Source: Candidatus Hydrogenedentota bacterium
GTDB lineage: Bacteria; Hydrogenedentota; Hydrogenedentia; Hydrogenedentales; SLHB01
Length of the DNA stretch: 62,864 nucleotides
NCBI GenBank assembly: GCA_034408725.1
Contig: JAWXCN010000014.1
Coordinates: 1-62,864, forward strand
Direction of reading: 5' to 3'
Part shown: piece by piece, positions 19,947-29,810 of the stretch
Layout: each line of letters starts with the position of its first letter
Numbering within the stretch: position 1 is the stretch's first letter
The notes under the pieces: model-generated
What the model saw: only the letters and a program-made list of their open reading frames with translations
Told to the model about the DNA's origin: nothing
Databases searched by the model: none
Made by a program: the position numbers and the translations under genes

Positions 19947-21395
19947 TTACACCACGTACGTGGTTGCGCTCGTCGAACCGCCTCGGCCAGTCCAATTGGT
20001 ATGGAAAAACTTGCCGCGCGGGTGATCCATGCGTTCGTATGTGTGCGCCCCAAAGTAATCGCGCTGCGCCTGCAACAAGTTCGCCGGCAGACGGCCCGTC
20101 CGGTATCCGTCGAAATAGGCCAGCGCGCTGCCAATCGCCGGCACCGGTATGCCCATTTCGACCGCCTTGCTTACAACCCGACGCCACGAGCCCTGCGCTT
20201 TCGTTACCGCGTCCGTGAAAAACGGATCGAGCAGCAAATTGACAAGCTCGGGATTGTTGTCGAACGCGATCTTGATTTTTCCGAGGAAAGCCGAGCGAAT
20301 GATGCAGCCGCCGCGCCACATCAGCGCGATGCCGCCATAGTTCAGGTTCCAGCCGTACTCCTTCGCTGCGGCGCGCATGAGCTGATAGCCCTGCGCGTAG
20401 CTCACGAGTTTGGACGCATACAGTGCCTGCCGCAGGTCTTCGACAAGTGCTTTCTTGTCGCCTTCAAAGTGTGACACTTGCGGGTGGAGCACTTTCGACG
20501 CAGCCACGCGCTCATCTTTCAGCGCAGACAGACAACGAGCAAAGACCGCTTCTGCGATTAGCGTCAACGGCTGCCCGTGGTCCAACGCGTCAATAACCGT
20601 CCATTTTCCGGTGCCCTTCTGCCCCGCTGCATCGAGGATAAAGTCAATGGTGTGGTGACCGTTTTCCTTGTGAGCGAGGATGTCACGCGTGATTTCGATC
20701 AGATAGGAGTCCAATTCGCTCTTGTTCCATTCGACAAACACGTCATGCATTTCATCGTTGGTCATTCCAAGGCCGTGGTGCATCATGTGGTACGTCTCGC
20801 AGATCATCTGCATGTCGCCGTACTCGATCCCGTTGTGCACCATCTTGACGTAGTGGCCAGCGCCACCTTCGCCGACCCAGTCGCAACACGGTTCGCCATC
20901 GTCGGTCTTCGCGGCAATGCTTTGAAAGATCGGCTTAACGTGTTGCCACGCACCAGGCGAGCCGCCGGGCATGATCGACGGGCCTTTCAACGCGCCTTCC
21001 TCTCCGCCGGACACTCCCGTGCCGACGTAGAGCAGGCCTTTGCCCTCGACATAATTCACGCGGCGAATCGTGTCGGGAAAATGCGAGTTGCCGCCATCAA
21101 TGATGATGTCGCCCGGTTCAAGGTGGGGGAGAAGTTGCTCAATGAAATCGTCCACCGGCTTGCCTGCTTTCACGAGCATCATGACCTTGCGCGGACGTTT
21201 CAGACTCTTGCACAACTGCTCGACGCTGTGGCATGCGACAAACTTTTTGCCCGCGCCACGTCCATTGATAAAATCATCCACCTTGGAAACGGTCCGATTA
21301 AACACCGCCACTGTGAATCCCTTGCTCTCCATATTGAGCACAAGGTTCTCACCCATCACCGCCAACCCAATCAAGCCAATATCTGCAGAGGACAC
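19947..21395 (-). CDS. gnd: NADP-dependent 6-phosphogluconate dehydrogenase, decarboxylating
   Basis: [46 protein letters not shown]. Confidence 0.97.
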   Translation of the reverse strand: MSSADIGLIGLAVMGENLVLNMESKGFTVAVFNRTVSKVDDFINGRGAGKKFVACHSVEQLCKSLKRPRKVMMLVKAGKPVDDFIEQLLPHLEPGDIIIDGGNSHFPDTIRRVNYVEGKGLLYVGTGVSGGEEGALKGPSIMPGGSPGAWQHVKPIFQSIAAKTDDGEPCCDWVGEGGAGHYVKMVHNGIEYGDMQMICETYHMMHHGLGMTNDEMHDVFVEWNKSELDSYLIEITRDILAHKENGHHTIDFILDAAGQKGTGKWTVIDALDHGQPLTLIAEAVFARCLSALKDERVAASKVLHPQVSHFEGDKKALVEDLRQALYASKLVSYAQGYQLMRAAAKEYGWNLNYGGIALMWRGGCIIRSAFLGKIKIAFDNNPELVNLLLDPFFTDAVTKAQGSWRRVVSKAVEMGIPVPAIGSALAYFDGYRTGRLPANLLQAQRDYFGAHTYERMDHPRGKFFHTNWTGRGGSTSATTYVV

Positions 21396-21412
21396 TCCAA
21401 ATCTCCTTCAAG

Positions 21413-21637
21413 CTATTCGGTCCATTCATTCTGTGAAATGCCGGAGTTTTCCAATATGTTGCGAAGAGTGCCGAGCGGCAGCGTCTTTCCGCGATGTTCT
21501 GGGACAATTACCTGGCGCCGAGTTGTCTCATTTCGCCACTTTCGGTGGCTGCCACGTTGGGAGACAAGGCGAAAGTCGAATCGGCTTAAGAGGGATTCAA
21601 CTTCGCGCGCTGTCAGTCGGCGCACACGAGGAGACAT
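21413..21637 (-). CDS. hicA: HicA family toxin
   Basis: SQRGSHRKW, VIVPEHRGKTLPLGTLRNIL. Confidence 0.9.
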   Translation of the reverse strand: MSPRVRRLTAREVESLLSRFDFRLVSQRGSHRKWRNETTRRQVIVPEHRGKTLPLGTLRNILENSGISQNEWTE

Positions 21638-21837
21638 TACACAGCGACTTCGCGCAAAACCGCATTCGACGAAAGCTCTATCGGATCAGGCTCCAAGTAT
21701 AACTCGATTGCTTCTTTGATATTGCTTATTGCTTCCGCTTCGGTTACGCCGGCTGTCGCGCATCCGGGCAGTTCAGGGCACCATGCGCTGAATTCACCAG
21801 ATTCTGTGTCCCGTTCGATTACTACTCGCCAGTTCAT
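21637..21837 (-). CDS. hicB: HicB family antitoxin (short form)
   Basis: CPELPGCATAGVTEAEAISNIKEAIELYL. Confidence 0.9.
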   Translation of the reverse strand: MNWRVVIERDTESGEFSAWCPELPGCATAGVTEAEAISNIKEAIELYLEPDPIELSSNAVLREVAV

Positions 21838-21875
21838 CTCCGTACCTCACTGTCAAGACGAATTTATACGCTACG

Positions 21876-23168
21876 CTATTTTCTATTTGCCTGCAAAGTA
21901 TACTCAGGCAACTTCTTCTCTGCGAAGATCGGCTTGAACTGCGTGAACCGCTGACGGCCATTCACCACGGGCACGCTCGCCCAATCCTCGCCGATGAGCG
22001 GTTTGGCGTAATGGACAAAATCGTCTGTAACGTCGATTCTATTCGGCGAAAGCCATTCCGTTGGGAACGTTCGCTCGGAGTTGGCGACTTTTTCTAATGG
22101 CACCTTGTCGTAAACAACATTGTAGATCACACCTGGTTGGCGCAGGATCGTAGCCATCCAGCCATTCTCGCCCGACTCAGCGATCAGCGCGGCTTTCTGG
22201 CCAACCTTGTACGCTTCATCCAGATCAACGATGGACGCGTATACCGCCGTCGCGCGCTGGTCCGTGCCGGACACCTGACCTCGCGCTGCGCCGGGCACGG
22301 GCAATCCATTTTCATTCAGCATCGCCACAACCCGCGCCTGCACGCTCAATTTCGCCGTGCCGTAACTTTTGTGGCCAAAACTGTCTTTGAGTTCGCCGCC
22401 TTCTTCGCCCAGTTCGAAACCTTCGCTCACAACTACGATGCAACGGCCATCCTTCTTCAATTGATCATTAACGAGGTCGCGCATTTCCTCCCCGGTGACA
22501 CCCGACTCCGCCATATAAATTTGCAGCGGCAACTCACGCTTTGGGTCGGCCAGCCGTGCGGCCGCGGGGATATATCCAATTTTTCTGCCCATCGCCTGAA
22601 GCACCAACACGGGATCGGCGGGACACGACCCGGCATTCTCCTCGTTCGCGTTCTGCACCACCGCCATCCAATACCGCGCGACGCTCCCGTAACCCGGCGT
22701 GTGGTCGATCAGCTTGAATTCTGAATCGCCGACATCGTTATCGATCGTCTTCGGCACCCCGACTGCCACAAGGTCCAGCCCCTTCTCATGCGCAAGTTTC
22801 GCAACCTTGTTGCACGTGTCCATCGAGTCGTTGCCGCCGGTGTAGAAGAAATAACCGATATTGTGCGCCTTCAACACATCAATGACCCGCGCGAAGTCTT
22901 CGGTCTGCTTATCCTTCAACTTGTACCGGCACGTGCCAATCGAACCCGCCGCGGGCGTATACCGCAACAGCGCAATCTCGTCATCGTCCTGCGCCGAAAT
23001 ATCCAGCAACTCTTCCTTCAGCACGCCTTCAATTCCGTGCCAACCCGCATAAATCTTCCCAAACTTTTCCGGAAACATCTTGCAAGTGTCGATAATCCCC
23101 CGTAGCGAACTGTTGATAACCGGACTCGGCCCGCCCGATTGGGCCACAATAACGTTCTTCGCGCTCAT
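21876..23168 (-). CDS. 6-phosphofructokinase family, probably PPi-dependent
   Basis: AQSGGPSPVIN, GGNDSMDT, PKTIDND, AMGRKIG, VVSEG. Confidence 0.9.
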   Translation of the reverse strand: MSAKNVIVAQSGGPSPVINSSLRGIIDTCKMFPEKFGKIYAGWHGIEGVLKEELLDISAQDDDEIALLRYTPAAGSIGTCRYKLKDKQTEDFARVIDVLKAHNIGYFFYTGGNDSMDTCNKVAKLAHEKGLDLVAVGVPKTIDNDVGDSEFKLIDHTPGYGSVARYWMAVVQNANEENAGSCPADPVLVLQAMGRKIGYIPAAARLADPKRELPLQIYMAESGVTGEEMRDLVNDQLKKDGRCIVVVSEGFELGEEGGELKDSFGHKSYGTAKLSVQARVVAMLNENGLPVPGAARGQVSGTDQRATAVYASIVDLDEAYKVGQKAALIAESGENGWMATILRQPGVIYNVVYDKVPLEKVANSERTFPTEWLSPNRIDVTDDFVHYAKPLIGEDWASVPVVNGRQRFTQFKPIFAEKKLPEYTLQANRK

Positions 23169-23198
23169 GCTATTCAACCCCACCAATCTTAGTTTCCG

Positions 23199-23552
23199 TT
23201 AGCATCGGATACGTACACTATCTTCGCTGACTATCCATAATCGCCCACTGAGTTCCCGCTCATTTAAAAAGGGGAGAATGCGGCGGAGCACAGCCAAAAA
23301 TCCAAACTTACTGTGTAGGCGAACACGCAAAACAACGATTCCAGCGTATTTCGAAGGAGGATAGCGCCTGGTATTCGAAAAATCACGATCGCAAGTTATG
23401 AAGACTCGATTTTCGGAGGCGCAACGCGCGATAACCTCCTGATCGGAGGCGCCAGACAGCCCCTGTTCAATTACGGTGCTCGCATCGAATCCATCAGCGC
23501 GTAACACTGATGCGATGTCCGGGGGAAGGTTTTCGTCAATCTTGAATTGCAC
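23199..23552 (-). CDS. DUF5615 PIN-like toxin
   Basis: FKIDENLP, GASDQEV, FITCDRDFS, GIVVLR; GTG start inferred. Confidence 0.85.
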   Translation of the reverse strand: MQFKIDENLPPDIASVLRADGFDASTVIEQGLSGASDQEVIARCASENRVFITCDRDFSNTRRYPPSKYAGIVVLRVRLHSKFGFLAVLRRILPFLNERELSGRLWIVSEDSVRIRC

Positions 23553-23784
23553 TGGCGGGTTTCGATATGTCGATAATTTCGTCCCGCGCCAGGTCGGCCG
23601 CATAGGAAATTGCTGCAAGTACGTCTTCCACCTGAATTGTCGGATAAGACTCAACAATTTCTTCAGGTGTCAGCCCAACCGCCAGATTATCAAGAATAAC
23701 CGTAAGCATCACACGAGTGCCTTTGATGCAGGGCTTCCCGTGACAAATGTTGGGGTCAATGCTGATTCGGTCTTGCAAGTTCAT
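23536..23784 (-). CDS. DUF433 family antitoxin
   Basis: RISIDPNICHGKPCIKGTRV, YPTIQVEDVLAAISYAA. Confidence 0.9.
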   Translation of the reverse strand: MNLQDRISIDPNICHGKPCIKGTRVMLTVILDNLAVGLTPEEIVESYPTIQVEDVLAAISYAADLARDEIIDISKPASAIQD

Positions 23785-23842
23785 GGTTATGAGCCTCGTT
23801 CCAACGAGTATAGCCAAACACCATTGGAGAACGCACTCACGC

Positions 23843-24250
23843 TTACTCGAGGTTCACAAGATATGGACCAATCAATTGCAAAAATCTTGTAATCGTTGCC
23901 TTGCTCCTCCGCGGATCGTCGTAGGAAAGGTCTAACAAATGTTGGAGACCTCCCGGAGAAAAATGGAGTATACGCTCTATGCTCCAAATTGCGTCCATCC
24001 GTACACACTCATCCGGGTCAACAACTGCTTTTAGAAGATATGGAATCGCAGTAACGTCACCGCGTTGGCCCAGAATTTCGGCAACGACCTCCCGTGCCAC
24101 CGCATCTGGGTGTTGAGCTAGTGCTCGAACGAGCGGACGAAATGCGCGACGATCAGCCTTTACTAAAGCCTCCTCCGCGACGTAGTAAGCTTCGCCTTGG
24201 GCTTTTGGCCCACCCGCCAAGCCATCAATTATTTTTGAATATTTGCCCAT
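23843..24250 (-). CDS. HEAT (PBS-lyase-like) repeat protein
   Basis: REVVAEILGQRGDVTAIPYLLKAVVDPDECVRMDAIWSI. Confidence 0.7.
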   Translation of the reverse strand: MGKYSKIIDGLAGGPKAQGEAYYVAEEALVKADRRAFRPLVRALAQHPDAVAREVVAEILGQRGDVTAIPYLLKAVVDPDECVRMDAIWSIERILHFSPGGLQHLLDLSYDDPRRSKATITRFLQLIGPYLVNLE

Positions 24251-24257
24251 CGAAAAA

Positions 24258-25559
24258 CTAAGCCGGCGCGTGGGCAAAATCGCCGGTAGCGATCGGCAGG
24301 CCACTTCGCAGCTTGTACAACACCTCCCCAGCGCGCTCGACCAGCAAATAACCTTCACCCTCCCGGTTGCGCCAGTCGTCGGGGTTGATGGTGCGCCAAT
24401 CGCGATAGCCGAGGTTGATGGCGCGGCATTCGGCTTCGGGGATGGATGTGGCAAGTGTCACCTGGACGCGACATTTCTCCACGCCGTCTTCATAGGCACC
24501 GATGCCTCGTACGTGAGTGGAGTGGGCGAGGATGCCCCCGGGGATGTCCGTGAATTGGTCCATCTGCGCAAGAAAATAATCGCGCGTGTGGTACCCGATG
24601 CGCCTGATGAGGTCGCCGTGCGTCACGCTGACTTCTTTGATGTGCGGACCATAGATAATCAGCTCGCCGGCATCGGCGACCACCGGTTCCAGCTTGTACA
24701 TGCACTTCCCCGCGACCCAAATCTCGTCGTACATCTCCGGCGCCATCGCAAGCACGCTATGAAACGGTTTGTCCTTGTACACGATATGGGTCTTTGCGGA
24801 CAGGTCCGCGGCGGCGGACCAAGCTTCCTCCGGCGCGCCGTAAAAAATCCCCTTGCAATCCTTACCCATGACGTTCAGACAAAAACAGCGCTTCTCGATT
24901 TTTACCATCGCAGCGGCGGCGTCCACCACCGCGCGCACCGGCGTGTATTTTGCGCCGTTGATAATTGGGTTCGTGATCAGCGCGCCCAGCCAATGAAACA
25001 CATTGAGCAGCTCTTCCCCCGCGACGCCAGGAAAGAAATATTTGTTTCCGCCGCTGAATCCCACTACCTCGTGCGGAAACACCGGCCCGACAATGCACAC
25101 CAAATCGTAGTCAAGCACGCGCTTGTTAATCGTGACCGGAACGGTCTCGCGCATAAGCCCATCGGAAATTTCGGCTAGCTGATCTTCCGTCAGATCGCCA
25201 ATGTGCGCCAGCATCGACGGATTCTTCCAGTCGTGATTGAAAACATCTATGTCGCGGTAAATACCTGCGCGTTCGGCGGGCGTTACCCCCAACATCTTAT
25301 TGATCGCGTCCTCTGTCATGGGAGGATGCGTACCCAACGCGATCAGGTAATCCATTTTTGCGACGCGCCCGTGCAGCGTGCCGTGCAACGCGCGGAACAT
25401 CGTCGGCATCGGCATGCTGCGTGTCGCGTCCGGAATGATGAAAAGGACGCGCCGGCCATCCACCAGCTCGGAATTCATTGCCTGATGGACGAATGAAGTC
25501 AAATCATGTGATGAGAGGGGTAGGTTTTCACTTACTTGCTGAATCATCGGTACTCGCAT
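24258..25559 (-). CDS. LarA-family (nickel-pincer-dependent) alpha-hydroxy acid racemase/epimerase
   Basis: IIPDATRS, IALGTHPPM, FNHDW, FPHEVVGFSGGNKYFFPG. Confidence 0.88.
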   Translation of the reverse strand: MRVPMIQQVSENLPLSSHDLTSFVHQAMNSELVDGRRVLFIIPDATRSMPMPTMFRALHGTLHGRVAKMDYLIALGTHPPMTEDAINKMLGVTPAERAGIYRDIDVFNHDWKNPSMLAHIGDLTEDQLAEISDGLMRETVPVTINKRVLDYDLVCIVGPVFPHEVVGFSGGNKYFFPGVAGEELLNVFHWLGALITNPIINGAKYTPVRAVVDAAAAMVKIEKRCFCLNVMGKDCKGIFYGAPEEAWSAAADLSAKTHIVYKDKPFHSVLAMAPEMYDEIWVAGKCMYKLEPVVADAGELIIYGPHIKEVSVTHGDLIRRIGYHTRDYFLAQMDQFTDIPGGILAHSTHVRGIGAYEDGVEKCRVQVTLATSIPEAECRAINLGYRDWRTINPDDWRNREGEGYLLVERAGEVLYKLRSGLPIATGDFAHAPA

Positions 25560-25579
25560 ATCGGTAAATTATCGCCTCT

Positions 25580-25648
25580 GGAGGGCGGGTTTTCCAACCC
25601 GCCATTTGTTTACCGCAAGAAATCGGCGGGTTGGAAAACCCGCCCTCC
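25580..25648. repeat. REP/REPIN-like doublet
   Basis: 24-bp perfect inverted repeat GGAGGGCGGGTTTTCCAACCCGCC (25580-25603; 25625-25648), each arm itself a hairpin. Confidence 0.85.
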
Positions 25649-25651
25649 GTA

Positions 25652-27214
25652 TCACCGAAATCCGAGATTGCGGAGACATTCGGCCAATTGCGGGTATGCC
25701 GGATCAAGATCCACATGCGTATTGTGAAATTCGCGCCGGTGAGGATATTCCTTTCGTAGCCGGTCAAAGTACGGGCCGCGTTCGGCTTCGGGCATTTTCA
25801 TTAGCGCGCGCATGCATTTGTCGTCCTCACGGATGTTGTAGACGGTTAGCACGGCCTTTGCGATCTGGGACTGCAGTTCCGGACAGTCAACGAAGCTCGA
25901 ATAGTACTTCTCCAAAGCGAGGGCTATTTCCTGGGGCGTCGTGAGGTGCGGTTTAATCTCCATATCCAATAACCGGGAAACAATATCGACGGTTTGGGCA
26001 TCGGTGGGATCGAGCATGGCGAGCTGTAGCTTCTCATTCTCGAAAGCAATCGGAAATACGCGATAGAGTCGGGCGATCGTGGGGTGTACCATTTCAACTA
26101 GATGCTGAGCTATGTCGCGCTCTGAAATTTTAAATACCGGCATGCCAAGCGGCGCCAGAGACGCCGCCCTCCGAGGGGCTCGATAGCCCAGTATTTCCAA
26201 GAGCGCGTCTAGAGTTTTATCCTTTAAAGCGTCCTGTCGTGACTCAATTGCCCGGTCCACATCCGCCTCGGTGATAAAGCCGTGCGTCACGTTATTCATG
26301 TCTTCGGTTAGTTGAATCAACGATACTTCCGGCACATCCGGCGGCGGCAATAACGGCGTGGGATCCCACGTCGGCGTTACACTGAGAAATGCGCACGCCG
26401 CCGCGTAGATTTGTTTTGTCCCGTTTACTTTTCCGTCAAACGAGTACCCTGCGATATGCGGCGTCGCAATAGCGCAGTTTGGCAGCAGGCCGAGATCAAC
26501 ATTCGGCTCGCCCTCCCAGACGTCCAACACCGCCGCGCCAATTTTTCCCGATTCCAGTGCTGCCCGCAGGGCTGCGCCATCAACAACCGAACCGCGCGCC
26601 GTGTTCATGATAATCGTACCCGTCTTGCAGCGGTTGAAAAACGATTCATCAAGCAGGTGATAGGTCGTATCCGGACCAGTCCTCGTCAGCGGAACATGTA
26701 CGGTGATAATCGAACAATCGAAAATTTCGTCGACCGGTCGATATTTCGGGTCACCAGTCTCACGCGCGAGGGGAAGATCGTTAAGGACAACCTCCATGCC
26801 GAGCGCGCTCGCCTTTTGTTCCACCTTCTTACCGACATTCCCATGCCCGATAATCCCGAGCTTGCGGTTCCTCACCAGAAATCCGCGCGTTTCGCCCAGC
26901 ACCAGCAGCGCTGCCGCGATGTACTCGGCAACGCTGTTCGCATTGCACCCCGGCGCACTCGCGTATTGAATGCCCCGTTCACGCAGATACGCCTCGTCCA
27001 GATGGTCCACGCCAATGGTCGCCGTCGCGACAAACCGCACGCGACTATTGTCCAGCAGGTCTGCGTTTACTTTGGTAATGGAACGCACCATGAGCATGTC
27101 TGCATCGCGCACGTCTTCCGGGGAAATCGCGCGCCCTGGCCGCAACACCACCTCGCCAAGCGTCTCGAACGCCTCGCGCCCATAAGGAATATTTTCATCG
27201 ACGACTATTTTCAA
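25652..27214 (-). CDS. pdxB: Erythronate-4-phosphate dehydrogenase with an inserted GspE/PilB N-terminal-like domain
   Basis: MKIVVDENIP, LMVRSITKVN, SAPGCNANSV, TPHIAGYSFDGK, C-terminal FDRLRKEYPHRREF; about 140 extra aa (residues ~300-440). Confidence 0.88.
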   Translation of the reverse strand: MKIVVDENIPYGREAFETLGEVVLRPGRAISPEDVRDADMLMVRSITKVNADLLDNSRVRFVATATIGVDHLDEAYLRERGIQYASAPGCNANSVAEYIAAALLVLGETRGFLVRNRKLGIIGHGNVGKKVEQKASALGMEVVLNDLPLARETGDPKYRPVDEIFDCSIITVHVPLTRTGPDTTYHLLDESFFNRCKTGTIIMNTARGSVVDGAALRAALESGKIGAAVLDVWEGEPNVDLGLLPNCAIATPHIAGYSFDGKVNGTKQIYAAACAFLSVTPTWDPTPLLPPPDVPEVSLIQLTEDMNNVTHGFITEADVDRAIESRQDALKDKTLDALLEILGYRAPRRAASLAPLGMPVFKISERDIAQHLVEMVHPTIARLYRVFPIAFENEKLQLAMLDPTDAQTVDIVSRLLDMEIKPHLTTPQEIALALEKYYSSFVDCPELQSQIAKAVLTVYNIREDDKCMRALMKMPEAERGPYFDRLRKEYPHRREFHNTHVDLDPAYPQLAECLRNLGFR

Positions 27215-27224
27215 ATCTCAATCC

Positions 27225-27773
27225 TCATTCGGAATTCGTTTTTAATTCGGCAGGCACCTTCGGCAATCCGGGGCCGCAACACTTCAATTGGGAGACGGAA
27301 ATATAGAAATCCTGGCCTTGAATATCGTTGCCTTCTGGTCCATTGGAATTCCGCGTAATCCACCGGCCATTTCCGTCATCATCGATTTCAAATCGATGAT
27401 GAAGACGTTCATCATTTGGTCGGCCTCCATTGTACATGTGCCTGGAAACCCTGCGGTTGACGTCGAGCACGTAAATGAGGTGATAGTCTATTTCGCCAAG
27501 TGCTGACGTCCGATTGTCCATCAGGTTCTTGCCGGCATCGAGATCGCCAAGTTCGAGGTATCCATGATCTGTTACGAGCACTAAATCATTCAGGGCGGAC
27601 GGTGATTTGTTCTCGATCCTCAGAGTATCCGGCGTACGCTCGGTTTTCTCCATGAATAATATTCTTGCCGTGAATAGGCCGGTGAGCAACAGGAATACAA
27701 CCAAACACGACGAACGGCGACCATCTCCAGTTGAGCGCGGCGAGGCCTCATCCGTTGCCGGTAAATCGGTCAT
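27225..27773 (-). CDS. Hypothetical membrane-anchored protein
   Basis: Single N-terminal hydrophobic helix; tightly packed with neighbours. Confidence 0.55.
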   Translation of the reverse strand: MTDLPATDEASPRSTGDGRRSSCLVVFLLLTGLFTARILFMEKTERTPDTLRIENKSPSALNDLVLVTDHGYLELGDLDAGKNLMDNRTSALGEIDYHLIYVLDVNRRVSRHMYNGGRPNDERLHHRFEIDDDGNGRWITRNSNGPEGNDIQGQDFYISVSQLKCCGPGLPKVPAELKTNSE

Positions 27774-27798
27774 TGTGTCGAAACAACTAGCAGAAATC

Positions 27799-28257
27799 TC
27801 AGCTCCGCCGGCACAAAATCCGATAGCCGATTTCTGGTTCGTACAACGCCAATTGCCCGGATATGCAACTGTAAATCGTGCCTTCGCACCCGGTCACGAG
27901 ATCGCCGGAGCGAGTTGCGCCAAGCGCATCCAATAGTCCTACTTCCTGAAAACGAAGCGGGTGCGATGCCGAGATCACAAAACACGTTCCGTTCTCACAC
28001 TCTGGAAACAACGTTTCGGGAATCGTTGCAAGGCCGTGGATGGTTTGAAACTGGACGTCTTCCTGGTGACTCAGCTCCCGGTAGTACCGGCGATCTAGTT
28101 CCGCGATTAGGCCCTGGTCCAGATATACGCGGAATTTCTCCATGGCCTTCACGGTCACGCGCGGATTGCAGGCCGTCTCCGCCAAAGTCAGAAAACGCTT
28201 TTGGCGTTCCTTTACAATAAAAGATTGCGCAAACTGTTCGATATGTGGATTCAGCAT
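27799..28257 (-). CDS. Hypothetical protein
   Basis: Co-oriented ORF (FIVKERQKRF...SCISGQLALYE) filling the gap. Confidence 0.6.
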   Translation of the reverse strand: MLNPHIEQFAQSFIVKERQKRFLTLAETACNPRVTVKAMEKFRVYLDQGLIAELDRRYYRELSHQEDVQFQTIHGLATIPETLFPECENGTCFVISASHPLRFQEVGLLDALGATRSGDLVTGCEGTIYSCISGQLALYEPEIGYRILCRRS

Positions 28258-28271
28258 GTCCCTACAATACC

Positions 28272-29162
28272 CTATTTCTTCCACGGAGGTGTTTCGGGAA
28301 GTAGCTGCTCAAATTCCCTGATCAGGTTCGTTTCATAATCACCCGCGAAAGAACCATTGAAGAAGCGGTCAAGCCCTTCGTCGTGTAGCCGTTGCCACGA
28401 CGCTTCCTCCTCGCCAGGATTGATGGGGAAGAAGAGGGCGTTGTTCCCGCGCGCGGCTTTCATATCTCCCGGCGCATCTCCGATCATGAGAATACGCGAT
28501 TTGTCATACCGGCCTTCGGATGCGAAGCGGATATGTTCGGTTTTCGATCCCATCTCCTGTCCCGCGATTGCAAACACGTACTGCGCGATACCCTGTTCTT
28601 CCCATTCGCGCTGCAACGCTTCCGTCGGTGTTTGCGAGCACACGGCCATATCCGCCTTTGATTTCGCTTTTTCGAGGCTTTCGCGCACAAAGGGAAACGG
28701 CGGCAGTCCTTCCTTAACGATTTCCGCTACCGTATTGTTCACCGCCTTGCTCCACGCCAATGCGCGGTGCATATCTTCATGATCATATTGTTCGCAATAC
28801 TTCGCAAGCACCGGATTGCCCATCTTCGATTCCGTTTCGGTCCACTTGCGCAGGTTTGGAATCTCCGGCGATTTCCACCCGCGCTGTTGTACTTTGTCCC
28901 AATCCGCAAGCAGGTCAAACGTCATTACCAGCGCGGGAAACCGGTTGATGCCGCGCCATTTTGAGTACAGGTTCACGAACTCCGCCGCCGCGCGCGCATA
29001 CTTCGATACCGGTTGCAGGTCCCAATATTGAATGATGTTCGGAATGAAGCATTCCTTGTGCTTCACTTCCATCGTGTCAAACGCGCAACCGTCCGAATCA
29101 ATCGCGATCAGAAAATCGCGCGACGGTTTGTGGTCCTTCAACGCGGCAACCGGGTCAGACAT
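28272..29162 (-). CDS. HAD-superfamily hydrolase
   Basis: IDSDGCAFDTM motif I, LMIGDAPGD motif IV; RBS AAGGAGG. Confidence 0.88.
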   Translation of the reverse strand: MSDPVAALKDHKPSRDFLIAIDSDGCAFDTMEVKHKECFIPNIIQYWDLQPVSKYARAAAEFVNLYSKWRGINRFPALVMTFDLLADWDKVQQRGWKSPEIPNLRKWTETESKMGNPVLAKYCEQYDHEDMHRALAWSKAVNNTVAEIVKEGLPPFPFVRESLEKAKSKADMAVCSQTPTEALQREWEEQGIAQYVFAIAGQEMGSKTEHIRFASEGRYDKSRILMIGDAPGDMKAARGNNALFFPINPGEEEASWQRLHDEGLDRFFNGSFAGDYETNLIREFEQLLPETPPWKK

Positions 29163-29228
29163 GCATCCTCCTTACAATGGGATCAGCGGGGCACTGTATC
29201 GTGCCGCCTGCTGTGGTACACTCCCGCG

Positions 29229-29782
29229 ATGAAAATCACGAACTCTGGCGCCACCAAGGGTATTGCCCTTGCTATAGGTCTTATTTTTGGGCAGGCGCTC
29301 GTGCTGTTCGCGCTCGGTCAACCACCGATCTGCGAGTGCGGTTACGTGAAACTGTGGGAAGGCGTCGTAAAAAGTTCCGGCAATTCCCAGCACCTTTCCG
29401 ATTGGTACACGTTCTCCCACATCATTCACGGTTTCGCGTTTTATCTCCTGCTCCAGCTCATTTTGCGTCTTGCGGGCGCCGTCGGACTCGAGGCCGGCTG
29501 GGAGATTCTCGAAAACACGCCGATGGTGATCAACCACTATCGCAAGCAGGCGCTCGCGCAAAGCTACGCCGGCGACAGCATCATCAATTCCGTGTTCGAC
29601 ACCATCTGGATGGTGCTCGGATTTATCGCGGCATGGAAATTCCCGTCTGGGCGAGCGCGGCTTCCGTCGTGCTGATGGAACTTATCGTCGCGTTGTGCAT
29701 CCGCGACAACCTCACGCTCAACATTATCGGTTTCTTTTGGCAACCCGAATTCATCGCGAACTGGCAAAATGGCGCGGGGTAG
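29229..29782 (+). pseudogene. DUF2585 (UPF0314) membrane protein, frameshifted near 29641-29645
   Basis: PPICECGYVKLW, NSQHLSDWYTFSHIIHG, WEILENTP, GDSIINS in one frame; the conserved tail IRDNLTLNII lies in another frame. Confidence 0.75.
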
Positions 29783-29810
29783 ACGCGGCGACCCACCGCG
29801 TTTTGCTCCG

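Noticed and set aside
17211-24250. Integron cassette array or prophage as the source of the TA modules
   Set aside because: No integrase, attC-like sites or phage genes; core metabolic genes alternate with the cassettes.
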